A stretch of 63,839 nt of DNA, counting the filler, from Folioceros fuciformis (taxonomy: Eukaryota): NCBI GenBank assembly GCA_049999805.1. It is 10 parts of 10 records of this genome, joined end to end, with 100 filler letters (N's around TTAATTAATTAA, not from the genome) between each part and the next. Parts side by side here need not be neighbours in the genome. Positions count along the whole stretch, not along the records: positions 61,950 to 63,839 come from JBNGIO010001892.1; 9 more parts are not named here. One strand, given 5' to 3'. This document shows positions 61,850 through 63,839 of this stretch, in pieces (positions within the stretch are counted from its first letter, which is position 1; the number at the start of each line of letters is the position of its first letter). Made by a program: the position numbers and the translations under genes. The notes beneath the pieces were generated by a model. It was not told the origin of the DNA and ran no database searches. It saw only the letters and a program-made list of their open reading frames with translations.

Positions 61850-63839
61850 NNNNNNNNNNNNNNNNNNNNNNNNNNNNNNNNNNNNNNNNNNNNTTAATTA
61901 ATTAANNNNNNNNNNNNNNNNNNNNNNNNNNNNNNNNNNNNNNNNNNNNTTGCGGGACAGTGATCGAAGCTTGTCACGAAGCCCTGTCGGATCCGAAGCG
62001 CCAGAGTTAAGACTGTTCTCGCGATTGACGGGCTGGTAATTGATCGACCGGGGTGAACGTTAAAAAACTCCAGCTGCCGATGCGTTCAAGCAATTCCAAT
62101 CAGTTTGAGGGTCGCCACACTTGTCACTGCTCTTGCGATAATGGTGAAGTACAACTACCCGACGTTTTGAGCCGCTACGCTTTCTGTTCCACCATGAATC
62201 AGCTTCAGGCAGCCTACGCGTCCATTCTAAAGCCGTAGAGACCAAATTTGAGAAAGAAAAAGGCTGAGTTAAAGAGGAAGGAATCTAATAAGGTATATAT
62301 ATGACAAAAGACAAATAAAAATTAATTACAATATAAAATTTATTGCAAATAAATATGGGAAATTACATCTACCTTAAAATGGGGTAGGAACAACCCCACG
62401 AGGACCCAAAGCAAAAAGGAGACTAGCCCTTTTAACGAATACTCCAGGAGTCACTCCATGGGTCATCTTATCATTGATGGCCTGCAAAAACCCTAAAAAA
62501 TATCACGCCACTAAACCTCGCAAAAAACCTAAAAACGACATTGCGAACCGCTACTCCACAGGTTTAGGTGCGACCTGGTTATCGGCAGCTTGAATCTTGA
62601 ATTCGCGCGTTTCCCTTTCCGTTTCCGTTTCCTGACTCTATGGCAGCATCAGGCGACGTCCGCCAGTCTCACATTTCTTGCATGAAAGGTGAAAGCCAAA
62701 GAACATGACGGCCCGCGCACCTGCTGTCTCGAGGTGGAATTGAGATAATCGTTCGCTTTCCTTTCTAGACCTATTCACGTATCTTGTTATGCGGATCCGT
62801 TCAATTGGGAGAGTACGTTATGGGGACTCCGGACTCTGGAGTCGAGAGAGAGGTAGCTTCCGCTGTCTGCATGTGGGTACCGGTCAATTGTGCAGATTCC
62901 GACTGTGCGCACATACGCATGACGGGTGGTGGATCTCCATGGGGTTCCTCATTTTCTGCGCTGCAAGCTTGAGGCAGCACTGTACAGGATCGCAAGGTCC
63001 CGGCCGCGATCACTCGCTCAGCGTGAACTCGTAATCAACGTATAAGTATCTTTGGATGATCGGCCAAAGAACGGTAGATGATGATAGTGAGCCCCTTGAA
63101 ATCGGGGGAACAAGCATTCCCGTGTGCCGCGCTGTTTATTCGAAAGGCCACCCTTTTTGCTTCTCACCCAGCCGTTGATTCAACGTCCTCATCTGATCCT
63201 GGCATGCTAGTCGCGCGGAACGTGTGACCATCCCGCTGGAGGTCCTGTGCGTTGATGTGGGTGAGAGCTTGAGAGTACTTAAGGAGGTTCCAGCCATGGC
63301 TCTGCAGGAAGGTGACCAGCTCGTCTGCTCATCACTGGTAGCACTTGCTACAGTTCGAGATGGCGCCTCCAGCTCGGACCAAAATGGGTATCGCTGCGTT
63401 GACGGGATTGCTCTCTCTGCTGCTGATGTCGGTCTCATTCGAATTGGCTGGTGCTGTTTCTCATGCACGAATGATGTCGGGCAATGATCCTCGCACTCTT
63501 GGCTCGTCGTCTACCCCAAAAATCGGAACGACCCAGCCCCAGCGTACCGCGACCGCAAGGGCCGCCAAAGTCCACGACGCGAGCCTGACGGGCCAGGACG
63601 GCAACACAGGCCTCCACTTCCCTTCCGACGGTCTTGCCAGCGCAGGCGACGAGGGGCCGAGCGTCGGGGATGATGGGCCGAGCGCTGGCGATCTCGTGCC
63701 GATCGTAAAAAGTTCCTTGCGGGGCGTCGATGTTCCGGTCCTGGGCCATGGCGGACTGCTGCTTGAGCTGCCGGGCACCGGCGATGGTGGACAGAAGGGC
63801 ACGGGCTATGGTGCGGGCGGCTACGGAGGCGGAAGTGGC

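Overview
Eukaryotic DNA from a land plant, most likely seed-free. It carries a cilium gene (CCDC96-like) together with plastid rpS20, a GDSL lipase and ECR/CER10, and introns are short; a lycophyte or bryophyte origin is an inference. The window is not one locus: nine identical 100-bp artificial spacers (44 N + TTAATTAATTAA + 44 N) join ten fragments, so adjacency across spacers means nothing. Host genes: WD40/coiled-coil protein, CCDC96-like, a long protein with a plant josephin-like C-terminus, PRPS20, GDSL lipase, MED26/TFIIS-N protein, ZGPAT-like, a 9-knuckle GIS2/CNBP-like protein, ECR/CER10 and a partial NYN nuclease. Mobile DNA: several Ty1/copia remnants, CRE-like RLE non-LTR retrotransposons, MULE-SWIM copies and a Sola-like/DUF7869-type transposase remnant. 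The two most unusual structures: (i) an AT-rich tandem array (7.6-13.3 kb, at least 3 units of about 2.6-3.0 kb), each complete unit holding a cassette of small intronless unrecognised ORFs with conservative protein-level divergence plus an internal ~85-bp repeat; (ii) a 5.05-kb LTR element with non-canonical TA...TA termini and a CTGCA TSD, whose integrase-RT-RNaseH is antisense to its own PBS/PPT, with a 22-bp-stem hairpin near the orientation switch. No database searches were run; family calls rest on recognised motifs.
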